From IMG/VR virus record IMGVR_UViG_3300014204_013734, positions 192,001 to 256,000 of that record: a stretch of 64,000 nucleotides of DNA. One strand, written 5' to 3'. Below are positions 39,101 through 48,110 of this stretch, one piece after another. The first letter of the stretch is position 1. Each line of letters opens with the position of its first letter. The notes beneath the pieces were generated by a model. It searched no databases. It saw only the letters and a program-made list of their open reading frames with translations, and had not been told where the DNA came from. The position numbers and the translations under genes were made by a program. This DNA is from a virus. Its lineage: Duplodnaviria; Caudoviricetes.

Positions 39101-42100
39101 TTACCAGTTCGGAAGGAGAAGGGTCCTACACGGTTTCAACCGTGTCTTCGCTTTCCTTGCAGGTAGCTCCGTTATTCTTGGTTGGAACGACCCGTCCGGC
39201 TACTTGGGAACTTTTTGAAGGATTCGTTGAAGATGTCTACGACCCCATGTTGGTCGCTGATGTTCTTTACCAGAATCTTTCTCCTCTTCCCGACGAACCT
39301 TTCAAGGTTCGGGTTCTGTCTCCGTTGGGGGTTGTTCCTGAAACGGCTTCCGATTTGGCTACAAATCGTCCGAAGGCGGAAGTTGAAGGGGCGTTGTCCA
39401 GCGGTCGTCCGGTGTCTGTTAGATATGGGGCTGTTGCACCGTCCGTCATAAATGTTGCGTCCCTGACGTGGTTGACCAAGACGGATTTGGGAATCATTTC
39501 CAATACCGGCATCATCGTCCCAATCGGGGAACGTTTTGATGCGTTGGCTTTTTCCATTCAGGTAGGTACGGCGAATTTCAGTTTTGCCGCTGGAAGTTTG
39601 TTTGCTGTTACGGCTTTCAGTCCTGATCCTGGGGATGCCATTGAATGTCTTACTGTTTCTTCAGGTGTCTTTCCGAAAGGACAGTTGAAATTCGGCAGCC
39701 TTGTTTTATCCAAATTCCCACAAGCCCGTGTCCTGGCGGTTGATGAATTCATGCCTCCTGCGCTTCTTCTTCCGCTTCAGGCGGAATGTGATCCGGTGAC
39801 GGGGGAGATCAACTATTCCCAGTCGGACATGGATGATTTCCATGGTATTCGTGCCTATTTTGTTGAACAGATGATCACGGACAATGACCAGGATGTTTCA
39901 ATCCAACCCATGACAGGGACATGTGCATTTTTCCGTCCTCTGCCCAAGGGTGTCCTGGTTGAAATGGCTTATTGGGCTTCTGATTTGGAAGGACGAAAGG
40001 TCGGAAACGAAATCGTGGAATTTCTGCCGGTGTTCATCCGGAATGAAGTTGCCAAAAGGGACCGTCCCAATGTCTTTACGTACAATGCTTCCGGGGACAC
40101 CATCAACAGGGTCATAGAACCTATTGTATTCGTCCGAGGTGCGCAGCAAAATTATGGGGAAGTCAATTACGTCGTAGATTATACGGATATTGGGAGGGGA
40201 CGCCTGACGTTCGTTACTTACGACATTACGGATGATTGCGATGTTAAAGTCACCTATGCGGTAGCAGAAGCTCAGGGGGGGGAACGCGTTTACGAAACCA
40301 GCACGAAACCTGTCTACAGACCCCCATTCTTCATCAAAACGGCGCAGAACCGATTTGGGCTTCATGGGGATCGTCGATCGGAATTCAAGGCAGGACAACT
40401 GCTTCGTATTGGTGGGGAATGTTTTTACGTCAAGGGGGTCCGTTATTTCCCTCCGGTCATTATTCCTCCGGTAGTCCCATCGGAATTGCCTGCTTACAAG
40501 CAGCCAATTTCTGTTTCCCCGCCGCCTTCGTCCGGTGATATTACAGCAGTGTATATTTATCCGCCTACGATTCAGGAAGTTGGTTCCAGAGCTCCTGGGA
40601 GAGATGTCTTTCTGGGAATCACCCCGATGGCGGTCACTCCTGTGGTTGATCCTTTTGGGGATTCTCCTGGACCTTACGGTAGTCCTGCTCCCGTACCAAC
40701 GGACGCAGCTTTGGGGATAATGTTTGATCTTGATTTGACGGACTTTCCGTTTGAGCCTGTCAACCGAGGCCAAACTACCATTGTTTTTAAAGGGGATCTG
40801 ACGCGTTTTTCAGTACCGGGACACATTCTTGAAATCGGGGGTGTTCCTTACACAATTTCCGGGGCGGATTTGACCGTAGATGGATCAAGGACAAACGTAT
40901 CTTTGACTTCGGGAATCCGAAAGAGCTTCACTGTTGATATGGCCCCGCCAGTCCGGTTGACTTGGAGGCCGATCTATCCCCCCAACTGCAGGACATTCCT
41001 TGGTGTCGGGCCGTTCGTTCAAGAAGAGGGATGGGAACTTGTCCTGTGGGGTGAATCAGGTCCGAATGGGGAAAACCCTGGTCGCACTTTGGTTCCCAAT
41101 TCTGAATACGTGATTGACCAGAACAGTGGGGCTATAACTCTACTGGAACCTTTTCAGAATGCTATGAATGCCCCGCAAAGGTTGTCTCTGTCATACACTT
41201 TGTTGCGGGGGTTGCAGCCGTGGGTGAAAGACGGTGTTGTAGGAAAACCTTCGTGGACCGCTTTGTATTTGCATAGTGAAAGTCCGAGTGAAGAAAACGG
41301 TATTTTGGGCGGAACCCTGGCAGCAACATACACGTTCCGTAACCCTGATACTTTTTACGTTCGGTCTGCCCCCTTGGAACAACTTATTGTTGATGTGACA
41401 GCGGAAGTCGTCCAAGAAATCAACAGCAAGCAACCGGCAAGCAGCGCCCCCAAACCTGTCGGCAAGCCTAGCAACTGGAATCAGGGGCGGGTTGGTTTGA
41501 GGACGGAACGGAAGCACTTGACCGACAAGGATAGGGTAGCCAGGACATTTCTTGATTTCTACAACACTGCTATCAATGCTTTTGAACAGATTGAAGAAAC
41601 TATTTCGGGTGACATCATTGGAGATAGTGATGGGAAGTTCCGTCATTGGGTTGGCCGTGGTAAGGAATGGTTCACTCCTGGATACGAAGATCCCATCACA
41701 GGGGTGTTGACACGACGGGATATCTGGACGGAAGTGTTTTCTGAATGGCTTCTTCCAGGGACTTGTGTCTATTTTCAACCGACCGACCCAATAGTTGATC
41801 CGTGGTCGTTTACGTTAACGGACGGGGTTATTGACGGAGAAACCCCTGACTTGGATTTCGTTCAAAGCCTTATGGATACGCAGAAGTCACGGGTGAGAAA
41901 TGAAGTTGACGATTACGTCCTTTCTGGTACCTATTCCAGGCGGTCACGTCGGGATGGGTACCCTTACTTCAAACATATTCTCCGGGGACGGTTTTCCCCG
42001 ATGTTCATGCGGCATAAGTATTCCCGTCTGTTCCCTACATGGACCAAGACGTTTCTTCGGACAAACCCCGGTCTGGATTCCAATCCTGCTGCCGGTGATC

Positions 42101-45100
42101 CCGGATTCTTTACAGCGGGTCGTTACTTTTACGATTCCAAACGGGGTGAAAAAATTGTTCGCAAGACCACTGGAGACGATATTGGGCAGGTACAGAACCC
42201 GGTCCTTGGCGACATTACGTCTGTCAACGCCATCACACTTTTCAAACGTCGGGCAAGTGCTCGCGTCTGGGGTTATTTCCCGGACGGTATAGCCGCCGGA
42301 GCTTTTGGGACAGTAGGGGGGATTCCTGTCCCGGCTGTTCCCGTTTTGGGACCGTGTTTTGTGGCGACCCCGCTTTCCCTGAAGGACTTTCCTATCAATC
42401 CGTCGACGGGTTGGCCTGATGTTTCTCAATTGGCTAGCGTGACGGCGACTGGGGTTGCTGATCTGATGTCCGGGGATCCTGACATGGCCATTCCTGGTTT
42501 CCTTGGCGGGTTGCCAACTACCCTTCCTGGTGGCCTCACCATTTCCACGAAAGGTGATCAGATTGCCCTTGGGAAACCAGACGGGACAGTTTGGAGGCTT
42601 TGTGACGCCGACGGTGGAAGTGCTACCAGTGCAGGTATTTTTTCCTTGCGGGGCATCTTCGTCAATGCGATTCTTTACGGTTGCATCATGACCTTGCAGG
42701 ACGGGGACGGAAATGTAATCCTGGATCCCGCCCGGGTACTTCTGGCTAAAGATGACTCAACTGGGGCGCCTGCGGACACTGGGGTTAACGCAGCTACACG
42801 TGGGGACACTTTGATGTCCATTTCCAAGGATGGGGCTGCGGCGCCTGATAACCCCCCGACTTCCGAAGAACTGGAAGAAATCGCGGAAAGTTCTGATAGT
42901 TTCAGGATTGGTTTTGACGTGTCTGTTTTCCGGGATGGGCGGATCGTCGACATGACTTTTCCGTCGGTTCTGGATCCAAGATATTTTGGCATCAAAGAAG
43001 TTCTTGGTCAGAATCCTCCTGAACCTTTGTCCTGCATCGGAGGATCCGTCAACTTCACCTACGAAGGGCAGAATCCGGTTGAAGTGCCAGCTTTGAACGG
43101 GGAGGCTTTGGACGATTCGGGTGATCGGGCAGTCCCTTACCTGAAAGTTTCCAATACGGAACTGGACCGGTTTGAGGACGGGGGTTCCATATTGGCGGAT
43201 GTGCTGAAGGTAGATACTTTGGCGGTTCGTCCTTTGTCTGTTGGTGGACCTTGGGGCGTTTGGCCGGACGAATTTGTCGGTAACGACGGGACTGCCATGA
43301 CAGAACCCCCGTTGCCCGGCGTTACGCCGGATGATCAGCCGGGTTCTCTTATGACCATGGAAGACCTTGGTCCAAGGAAAGCTTCACCGCCCGCTCCGGC
43401 CGCTCCGTGGGGTAACGGGACGGCAAATGTCCGTCCTCACGATATTTTGTTCGTTCAAGTTCAGGACATTGCAGATCCGACTGATGGACCGTTTTCGGCA
43501 GCAGGTCTTCCTATCAAGGGGCCTCAAGGTATCCAGTCTGTCGGTCGGGTTCGTCTTCTTGAGACCGACTGGAATCTTGACCCATCCGGGGTTATTGATC
43601 CGCGGCACGGTATTGGGTCTTTGATTGAAACGCCGAGATTTGTGACCAGGACGAGTCCTCCTGCCGCCCCTCCTTTGCCGGATACTGCATCTCCGGTCCG
43701 GCATGCTATTGAGAATGCCTTGGTTCACGTGTCTGATCCACAACCCCCCGACCCGCCGCCTGTTACCGTTGATGGGGTTAAGATTTATGCGTACAAGGCT
43801 CGGCAACTGTTGATCTTTGATTTGACCGGAACGAATTTTACTTTGCATGATGGCCAGACCGAAGGTGTTGGAGGGTTGAATAACCTGTGGTCCGGGGTAG
43901 GCGCAAAAGCAAACAACAAGATCGTCATCCAGCCCATTTCCAGGAAGGATTCTAATATTCAGTGGGGACCCGGTGGGGCTGACGTGTCTGTCCTGAAACT
44001 TGGCGGTGTCGTTGTCATGACGTTCACTATTCAGGGGACCAACATCACGACCAGGGATTATTGGACGCACCCGCCTGGAACTACCACATTTACTAACGCA
44101 CATTTCGGGGAAAGTATTGTGTCCGTTCTGGGTGGGACACTTCCCGGTATCGTATCCGACCAAACGGATCCCCGATACATTATCCTTGAAAACGTTGTGG
44201 ATACGGACCTTCTGAAACTGTGGCAGACGCCTTCTGGGGCGCCGCCACATCCGACTAGCACCTGGTTCATTCCCTACACTGAAACGGCGGATCCGGGATT
44301 CCCTGGAACTTGGTTCCAAACCATGAATTATGGCGAGGATGTGTCCATTGGGGTTGACACGACGGCAACTGGCGAATCTACAACGGCCTGGATTGATGAA
44401 GACCGTCTGACATTCCACGAAGCGTTTGATTTGCGTTGGATGAAGGAACGGGGTTTCACCCACCCGCTTAATGCAACAACCATCTTGGAATCCCGTTTTG
44501 CTGTTAAAGCCGTGACCGTTGGTCAAACAACGGTGACCAGTTTTTGGTCCGACATTGACACATACTGTAACGGGGCGGACAGTGGTGGGAATCCTCTTCC
44601 CTACACGTTCCTTGCCCGGGCGGGGGTTATAGGGACGTGGGTTCCCAGGACGGCGACGGTATCGGAAGATGGTTCCGTGGCGGTCATGGGATTTGAAGGT
44701 TGGCAAGGAACAACTGGCAATATTCCGGTGCTGTCCACTTTGGCCACGTTTTCCGCCGCTCCATCCAACGAATTCTGTTGGATTGTCAATCCGGCCGGTT
44801 TGGAACAATGTGTCCCAATCTGTTCTGGAACGGGTGTTACGGAAAGCCGATTCAGCATCATTGTCGGTTCAGATCAGCTTGATGACCGAATCACGAGCAT
44901 TGGAGTCACTCTTGGTGACATGGCTAGGATTGAACCGGGGGATGTTGCCGTCGTGTCCAAATCGGTAAATGCGACACATCTGGCTACAACCAAGGCGGGC
45001 ACTTACCTTGTCAGGCATGCCATTGCTGAAAATATTCCTGTTATTGCAGCCGATCAACGTGTTACGGCGCCTTCCATCATGCTTGGGGTGTCTGATGTGG

Positions 45101-47889
45101 GTTGGTGCCCCTTGCAATTCCCAACGGTTGTGTCCTGGAATACGACAACATTTGTTTTGGAATTGTCGGATATGGCTCTTCTCCCGACGCCTGTTCCCAC
45201 TACTTGGGGCGTGCGGGATGTTGGATTCCCTCCGGCTCCTGGCTATGTTTATATCCTTCTGAATCCCGAAGACTTGAAGACGGTAGATCCTCTCGGGACG
45301 CCGGAAGAGTATGCCATTGCATGGGCAAAATTCCAGAAGGCAGTTTTGCGGCTCAGATACACATCCCTGATTCCAGCCAGCAATGAAATGGTCATTGATG
45401 CGACAGCTTGCGTTTTTGCCGACGGTGCTGCCATCTCTTTAGCAGACCTTAATAGTTTGATGTCTGGTGCAACCTGTCAGGTTTCCGGCATGCAGGTGTG
45501 GCCCATCAACGTGTCGGGGGCCGAATATGGGCTTCCTGACGATAACGTAGTCGGCTACGATAATGGCGGTGCAATCCAGATGGGTTTTGAAATGGTGACA
45601 TTGACTCGGGGGGCTGGCACTACTCCCATTGTGTTGACATTCCCAGGCAATTTCGTCCCCCGTCTCGGGACCCCGATCCCCCCCAACGTCTTTGATGCTT
45701 ACGAGCACGCTCCGGTTTATGATAGGGTAGTTTGCGGCGCCACGGTTGACGGCATTTTGGCGGCGGATTGGAAGGACTTGAATGTTCCTGCGACGGCCAT
45801 CAAGTATGCTACCGCAATTGTCAATTGCATCCTGCCCGGCACGACTGCCGCCATTGCTGACTTGACTGTTTCCCCACCGGATCCAAAACATCACGCTGTG
45901 GCCGGCATCTATTTCCAACCGGCTTTTCCGCGTCAAGCGTTGGATTTGATTGCTGATCATCCCAGGGTCGTAGATGCGCAATGGTCATTGCCGTTGCCGG
46001 ATCCGTTACCAGACCCGAACCGTGAACTTGGGATGCGGGATTCTGTGTCCTATTCAATGGGTGTCGCTCCCGTAGTTCCTTCGGAAATTGAATTTACGAT
46101 TCGCCGAATTCGGCGTTTCCATTCCATAGAGGGCATTGACCTTAAGCTTGAACCTTTACGGCATGTTTGGGAAATTAGGAGGGGCAGAATCACCGCTTAC
46201 ACATCTGACAAGCAGCGTGGGGTTGTGACTGCTCGCCAGTTCACAATGGACTTTGACATCGGACGTGTCCCAGGGGACCCCAAGACGCCTGATGTCTGGA
46301 ATGACGGGAAGACATATAGCGGGACAAATTTGGGTTTGTTCACGGATACAGATACCAATATCCACGCTGGGGATATGTTCCGGCTTCTGGCTTCTGATGG
46401 TACGTTGCTGGAAGAAACCCGCATTGAAACGATCCTGAATGGTTGGACCCTTCGCCTTGCATCCCCGGGATTGGTGTCCGTTGCCCCTGGCAGCCTCGTA
46501 GGGATGCGTTTTGAAGTGTGGTTGCATCAAATGCCGGTTCCTCAGGAACAATCGTGTGAACAGATTCTTGATCTGATTACGGACAGTGAAGTGTGCCGGA
46601 CCGATGCTACGTGGGGGGGCGTTGATGAACAGGGAGGTTACGTCCCTGAATACGATTCTTTGATTCCTTGGACAGACCAAACGAATCTGCTGTTTGATGA
46701 CTTGAATGCTGACGGTACAACCCCCAGTAAGACATTTGGTGGGTTGGGTGTTCAGGTTGGTGACATTGTTATCGTTGACCCCTTGGGTACGATTCCCATG
46801 AAGGGGGGGTTGCCGGTTATTCAGGAAAAGGGCGTCCGACCCATCGGGGACGAAGGGGTTCCAGGTCGCAAGGGTTGGATGGGTGGCGTAGATGGTGTGG
46901 ATACTTTCCGGGCGGGTTTTCCGTCAGCTTTGGACGACAACCGGGGATTCTGGAGGGTTGTTAAAGTTGCGGATTCTGAAAGCGGTGCGGCTCCCCACTT
47001 GATTCTTGATCCTCTGAACACCTTTTCCGGGGATTTGGATGCAAATGTCGTGTTTGATCCAACGGATGTCCGACGTGCTTACGCTGTCGTTCCTACCGTA
47101 TCGGCGTCTATGCTGAATCGTGCTGATCCCGATCCTGACACTTGGTTAGAACGACAGATGGATCTTCGTCCCACGAAAGCCAGGAACGCCGTTACCGGAC
47201 GGTTTTCTACGACGCCTCCTACATGGCATTCCATCAGACCTTTTTCCTACAGGATCATCCGTCCATCTTCCTTGTTTTCTACAGAATCCCTTGATCTGGC
47301 GTTGCATACCAGGGAGAGGATGCTGTCTTTGATTGAATTGGTTGGGCGTGGGTTTGATGACAAGAACGGGAATTGGTGGGATTTCCAAAACTTCCTGCAT
47401 GTTCACGACCTGGGGTTTACTTGGAATCCTGAATCCGGGCTCGGGGTGTTGCGGAACGTTCAAGTCATGGCGGTTCTTGGGAGGACGGATGTGACTCCAT
47501 TCATGAACAATGAAGGATGTCTGTCTTTCTTGGACCGACGTTTCTGGATTTTGGACAAAAGGTTGGATAATCTTGTTCCGTCTGAACTGGCAGACCATAG
47601 GCCTTACGGCATGAAGATTGCCGACCATGCGGCGCCGCCGGAATCGTATACGGCGTGGGATGATATTTCAGGTTCCAAGGTTCGTCCCGTACTGCCTGAA
47701 CGCATTGACGAAGTGTTGGATCAGCGAGACCGATTCAGACCCATCAGGTATGTGTGGCTTGCTTACCGGACACACGAGATATTAGGTACGTTGGCGGCGA
47801 TCACACGTTTTGATGTGGAACTGCCAGAACGGCGTGTCCAGCAGTTGGAAGCTCTTCTCAAACTCCTGACTCTGGAGAATGCAACATGA
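36178..47889 (+). CDS. giant (3903 aa) virion structural protein, probable baseplate/appendage
   Basis: Uninterrupted 11.7-kb ORF, beta/Pro/Gly/Thr-rich, inside baseplate cluster. Confidence 0.75.
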   Translation: MFRFTGQVLEGVRVSPANQPTTEEPSDGVVRDVREVPGTYITKPGAPSFIDARADQWRAAVIDAPGTTPQEWLVWAENTSQLALVDDPDWWTSQGLGTIPENGVLDVPDVKTFEIHTDGSSKFLVTDDGNRSIGTVLLFVAARGDVDYDDNGWEDPNNPSAGRKGDNPYPWWFVDTTDQNPVSGVVTLSAAQLVVLGGGLSPSRGDSLVEVRYTIAPSRFWWTKNDRYETRFGWNGKTQRWEPWKGSPVKNLGLLLLDQTTFHMDPKVRNLPVGSFLPGDLVVPDSWSMIRLGSDPGVTSIPVAPDSSGASDFSGVLVQPDSEIADFDFGLVPDVAGVMGQSGGELSFNPAFVRKHAGKTVWYSYRGFSESETGVVGKLLDAKTTSLFLAPLPGPTDFPIIRFGNRTPVAVQLFLTDADMNLAVSPSAGVVYVSLATGRLVISQADLAKSDPDNVTAFDKQWYGADVIYDGVALNQIPQPSSYPVPLVDIFGNPQLCGPDVDFYIPDASMLPGLGLSGILQVSDRTGSVPMAGVVGTRPGGDNPGDANTGLIRSLSDGVGDTILFSKTHALTNIRTVTLPADLPDPGKVRTGWATVCLKNASLPGLPGLSQVILSKTDIQAFADDYVYFLQSSFTPAVYTTTARIYSRNRDIFRFDGTEVFHFAFTTPLIWNSASLISAFPEKDFFTAEEVAASIDAIIPPGDGRSWALNGRIILEADDPDTGTVEIGWGVGGVMDLSGAAALGFLPGWKASGGVANRLPDSGAAVGLFRSPLNLDRRLAIPDFAHVERLRGAIVYDSIPPNPFTFLTNPPLEDVAGYDEGVFFNLVNTVQDGDNIRIVSKYLENWSDVVYRFGQGKFDWVTWDAITEPVNRAITTINLGHSGVVQESMRLAPGIPGYLSANVDGEGDVWQDPDNDYIMPQGGITGTATFIRRFGKRVLSGAQGSFSAGAGTFSDPSVNFTDPRWGIQPGFRLKITSSEGEGSYTVSTVSSLSLQVAPLFLVGTTRPATWELFEGFVEDVYDPMLVADVLYQNLSPLPDEPFKVRVLSPLGVVPETASDLATNRPKAEVEGALSSGRPVSVRYGAVAPSVINVASLTWLTKTDLGIISNTGIIVPIGERFDALAFSIQVGTANFSFAAGSLFAVTAFSPDPGDAIECLTVSSGVFPKGQLKFGSLVLSKFPQARVLAVDEFMPPALLLPLQAECDPVTGEINYSQSDMDDFHGIRAYFVEQMITDNDQDVSIQPMTGTCAFFRPLPKGVLVEMAYWASDLEGRKVGNEIVEFLPVFIRNEVAKRDRPNVFTYNASGDTINRVIEPIVFVRGAQQNYGEVNYVVDYTDIGRGRLTFVTYDITDDCDVKVTYAVAEAQGGERVYETSTKPVYRPPFFIKTAQNRFGLHGDRRSEFKAGQLLRIGGECFYVKGVRYFPPVIIPPVVPSELPAYKQPISVSPPPSSGDITAVYIYPPTIQEVGSRAPGRDVFLGITPMAVTPVVDPFGDSPGPYGSPAPVPTDAALGIMFDLDLTDFPFEPVNRGQTTIVFKGDLTRFSVPGHILEIGGVPYTISGADLTVDGSRTNVSLTSGIRKSFTVDMAPPVRLTWRPIYPPNCRTFLGVGPFVQEEGWELVLWGESGPNGENPGRTLVPNSEYVIDQNSGAITLLEPFQNAMNAPQRLSLSYTLLRGLQPWVKDGVVGKPSWTALYLHSESPSEENGILGGTLAATYTFRNPDTFYVRSAPLEQLIVDVTAEVVQEINSKQPASSAPKPVGKPSNWNQGRVGLRTERKHLTDKDRVARTFLDFYNTAINAFEQIEETISGDIIGDSDGKFRHWVGRGKEWFTPGYEDPITGVLTRRDIWTEVFSEWLLPGTCVYFQPTDPIVDPWSFTLTDGVIDGETPDLDFVQSLMDTQKSRVRNEVDDYVLSGTYSRRSRRDGYPYFKHILRGRFSPMFMRHKYSRLFPTWTKTFLRTNPGLDSNPAAGDPGFFTAGRYFYDSKRGEKIVRKTTGDDIGQVQNPVLGDITSVNAITLFKRRASARVWGYFPDGIAAGAFGTVGGIPVPAVPVLGPCFVATPLSLKDFPINPSTGWPDVSQLASVTATGVADLMSGDPDMAIPGFLGGLPTTLPGGLTISTKGDQIALGKPDGTVWRLCDADGGSATSAGIFSLRGIFVNAILYGCIMTLQDGDGNVILDPARVLLAKDDSTGAPADTGVNAATRGDTLMSISKDGAAAPDNPPTSEELEEIAESSDSFRIGFDVSVFRDGRIVDMTFPSVLDPRYFGIKEVLGQNPPEPLSCIGGSVNFTYEGQNPVEVPALNGEALDDSGDRAVPYLKVSNTELDRFEDGGSILADVLKVDTLAVRPLSVGGPWGVWPDEFVGNDGTAMTEPPLPGVTPDDQPGSLMTMEDLGPRKASPPAPAAPWGNGTANVRPHDILFVQVQDIADPTDGPFSAAGLPIKGPQGIQSVGRVRLLETDWNLDPSGVIDPRHGIGSLIETPRFVTRTSPPAAPPLPDTASPVRHAIENALVHVSDPQPPDPPPVTVDGVKIYAYKARQLLIFDLTGTNFTLHDGQTEGVGGLNNLWSGVGAKANNKIVIQPISRKDSNIQWGPGGADVSVLKLGGVVVMTFTIQGTNITTRDYWTHPPGTTTFTNAHFGESIVSVLGGTLPGIVSDQTDPRYIILENVVDTDLLKLWQTPSGAPPHPTSTWFIPYTETADPGFPGTWFQTMNYGEDVSIGVDTTATGESTTAWIDEDRLTFHEAFDLRWMKERGFTHPLNATTILESRFAVKAVTVGQTTVTSFWSDIDTYCNGADSGGNPLPYTFLARAGVIGTWVPRTATVSEDGSVAVMGFEGWQGTTGNIPVLSTLATFSAAPSNEFCWIVNPAGLEQCVPICSGTGVTESRFSIIVGSDQLDDRITSIGVTLGDMARIEPGDVAVVSKSVNATHLATTKAGTYLVRHAIAENIPVIAADQRVTAPSIMLGVSDVGWCPLQFPTVVSWNTTTFVLELSDMALLPTPVPTTWGVRDVGFPPAPGYVYILLNPEDLKTVDPLGTPEEYAIAWAKFQKAVLRLRYTSLIPASNEMVIDATACVFADGAAISLADLNSLMSGATCQVSGMQVWPINVSGAEYGLPDDNVVGYDNGGAIQMGFEMVTLTRGAGTTPIVLTFPGNFVPRLGTPIPPNVFDAYEHAPVYDRVVCGATVDGILAADWKDLNVPATAIKYATAIVNCILPGTTAAIADLTVSPPDPKHHAVAGIYFQPAFPRQALDLIADHPRVVDAQWSLPLPDPLPDPNRELGMRDSVSYSMGVAPVVPSEIEFTIRRIRRFHSIEGIDLKLEPLRHVWEIRRGRITAYTSDKQRGVVTARQFTMDFDIGRVPGDPKTPDVWNDGKTYSGTNLGLFTDTDTNIHAGDMFRLLASDGTLLEETRIETILNGWTLRLASPGLVSVAPGSLVGMRFEVWLHQMPVPQEQSCEQILDLITDSEVCRTDATWGGVDEQGGYVPEYDSLIPWTDQTNLLFDDLNADGTTPSKTFGGLGVQVGDIVIVDPLGTIPMKGGLPVIQEKGVRPIGDEGVPGRKGWMGGVDGVDTFRAGFPSALDDNRGFWRVVKVADSESGAAPHLILDPLNTFSGDLDANVVFDPTDVRRAYAVVPTVSASMLNRADPDPDTWLERQMDLRPTKARNAVTGRFSTTPPTWHSIRPFSYRIIRPSSLFSTESLDLALHTRERMLSLIELVGRGFDDKNGNWWDFQNFLHVHDLGFTWNPESGLGVLRNVQVMAVLGRTDVTPFMNNEGCLSFLDRRFWILDKRLDNLVPSELADHRPYGMKIADHAAPPESYTAWDDISGSKVRPVLPERIDEVLDQRDRFRPIRYVWLAYRTHEILGTLAAITRFDVELPERRVQQLEALLKLLTLENAT

Positions 47890-48110
47890 CTCCCGAAGAA
47901 ACGGCTGAAAAGTTGAAAGCCCTTGGGATTGATTTCGGGAATTGGGGAACTATGGGAGAACGTATGGTTTCCCCTGTTTCTGTGGGGAAACAGCGTGAAC
48001 TGTTGCTTCAATTTAGAGACATGCTGCAAACATTCGTTGACAAAGATCAGGATCAGGTAGCGAAGCTCAAGGAAAAGATAGCCAGGCTTCAACATGGCGG
48101 AGGAATGTAA
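47886..48110 (+). CDS. small coiled-coil protein
   Basis: ATGA overlap upstream, GGAG RBS, TAATG coupling downstream. Confidence 0.65.
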   Translation: MTPEETAEKLKALGIDFGNWGTMGERMVSPVSVGKQRELLLQFRDMLQTFVDKDQDQVAKLKEKIARLQHGGGM

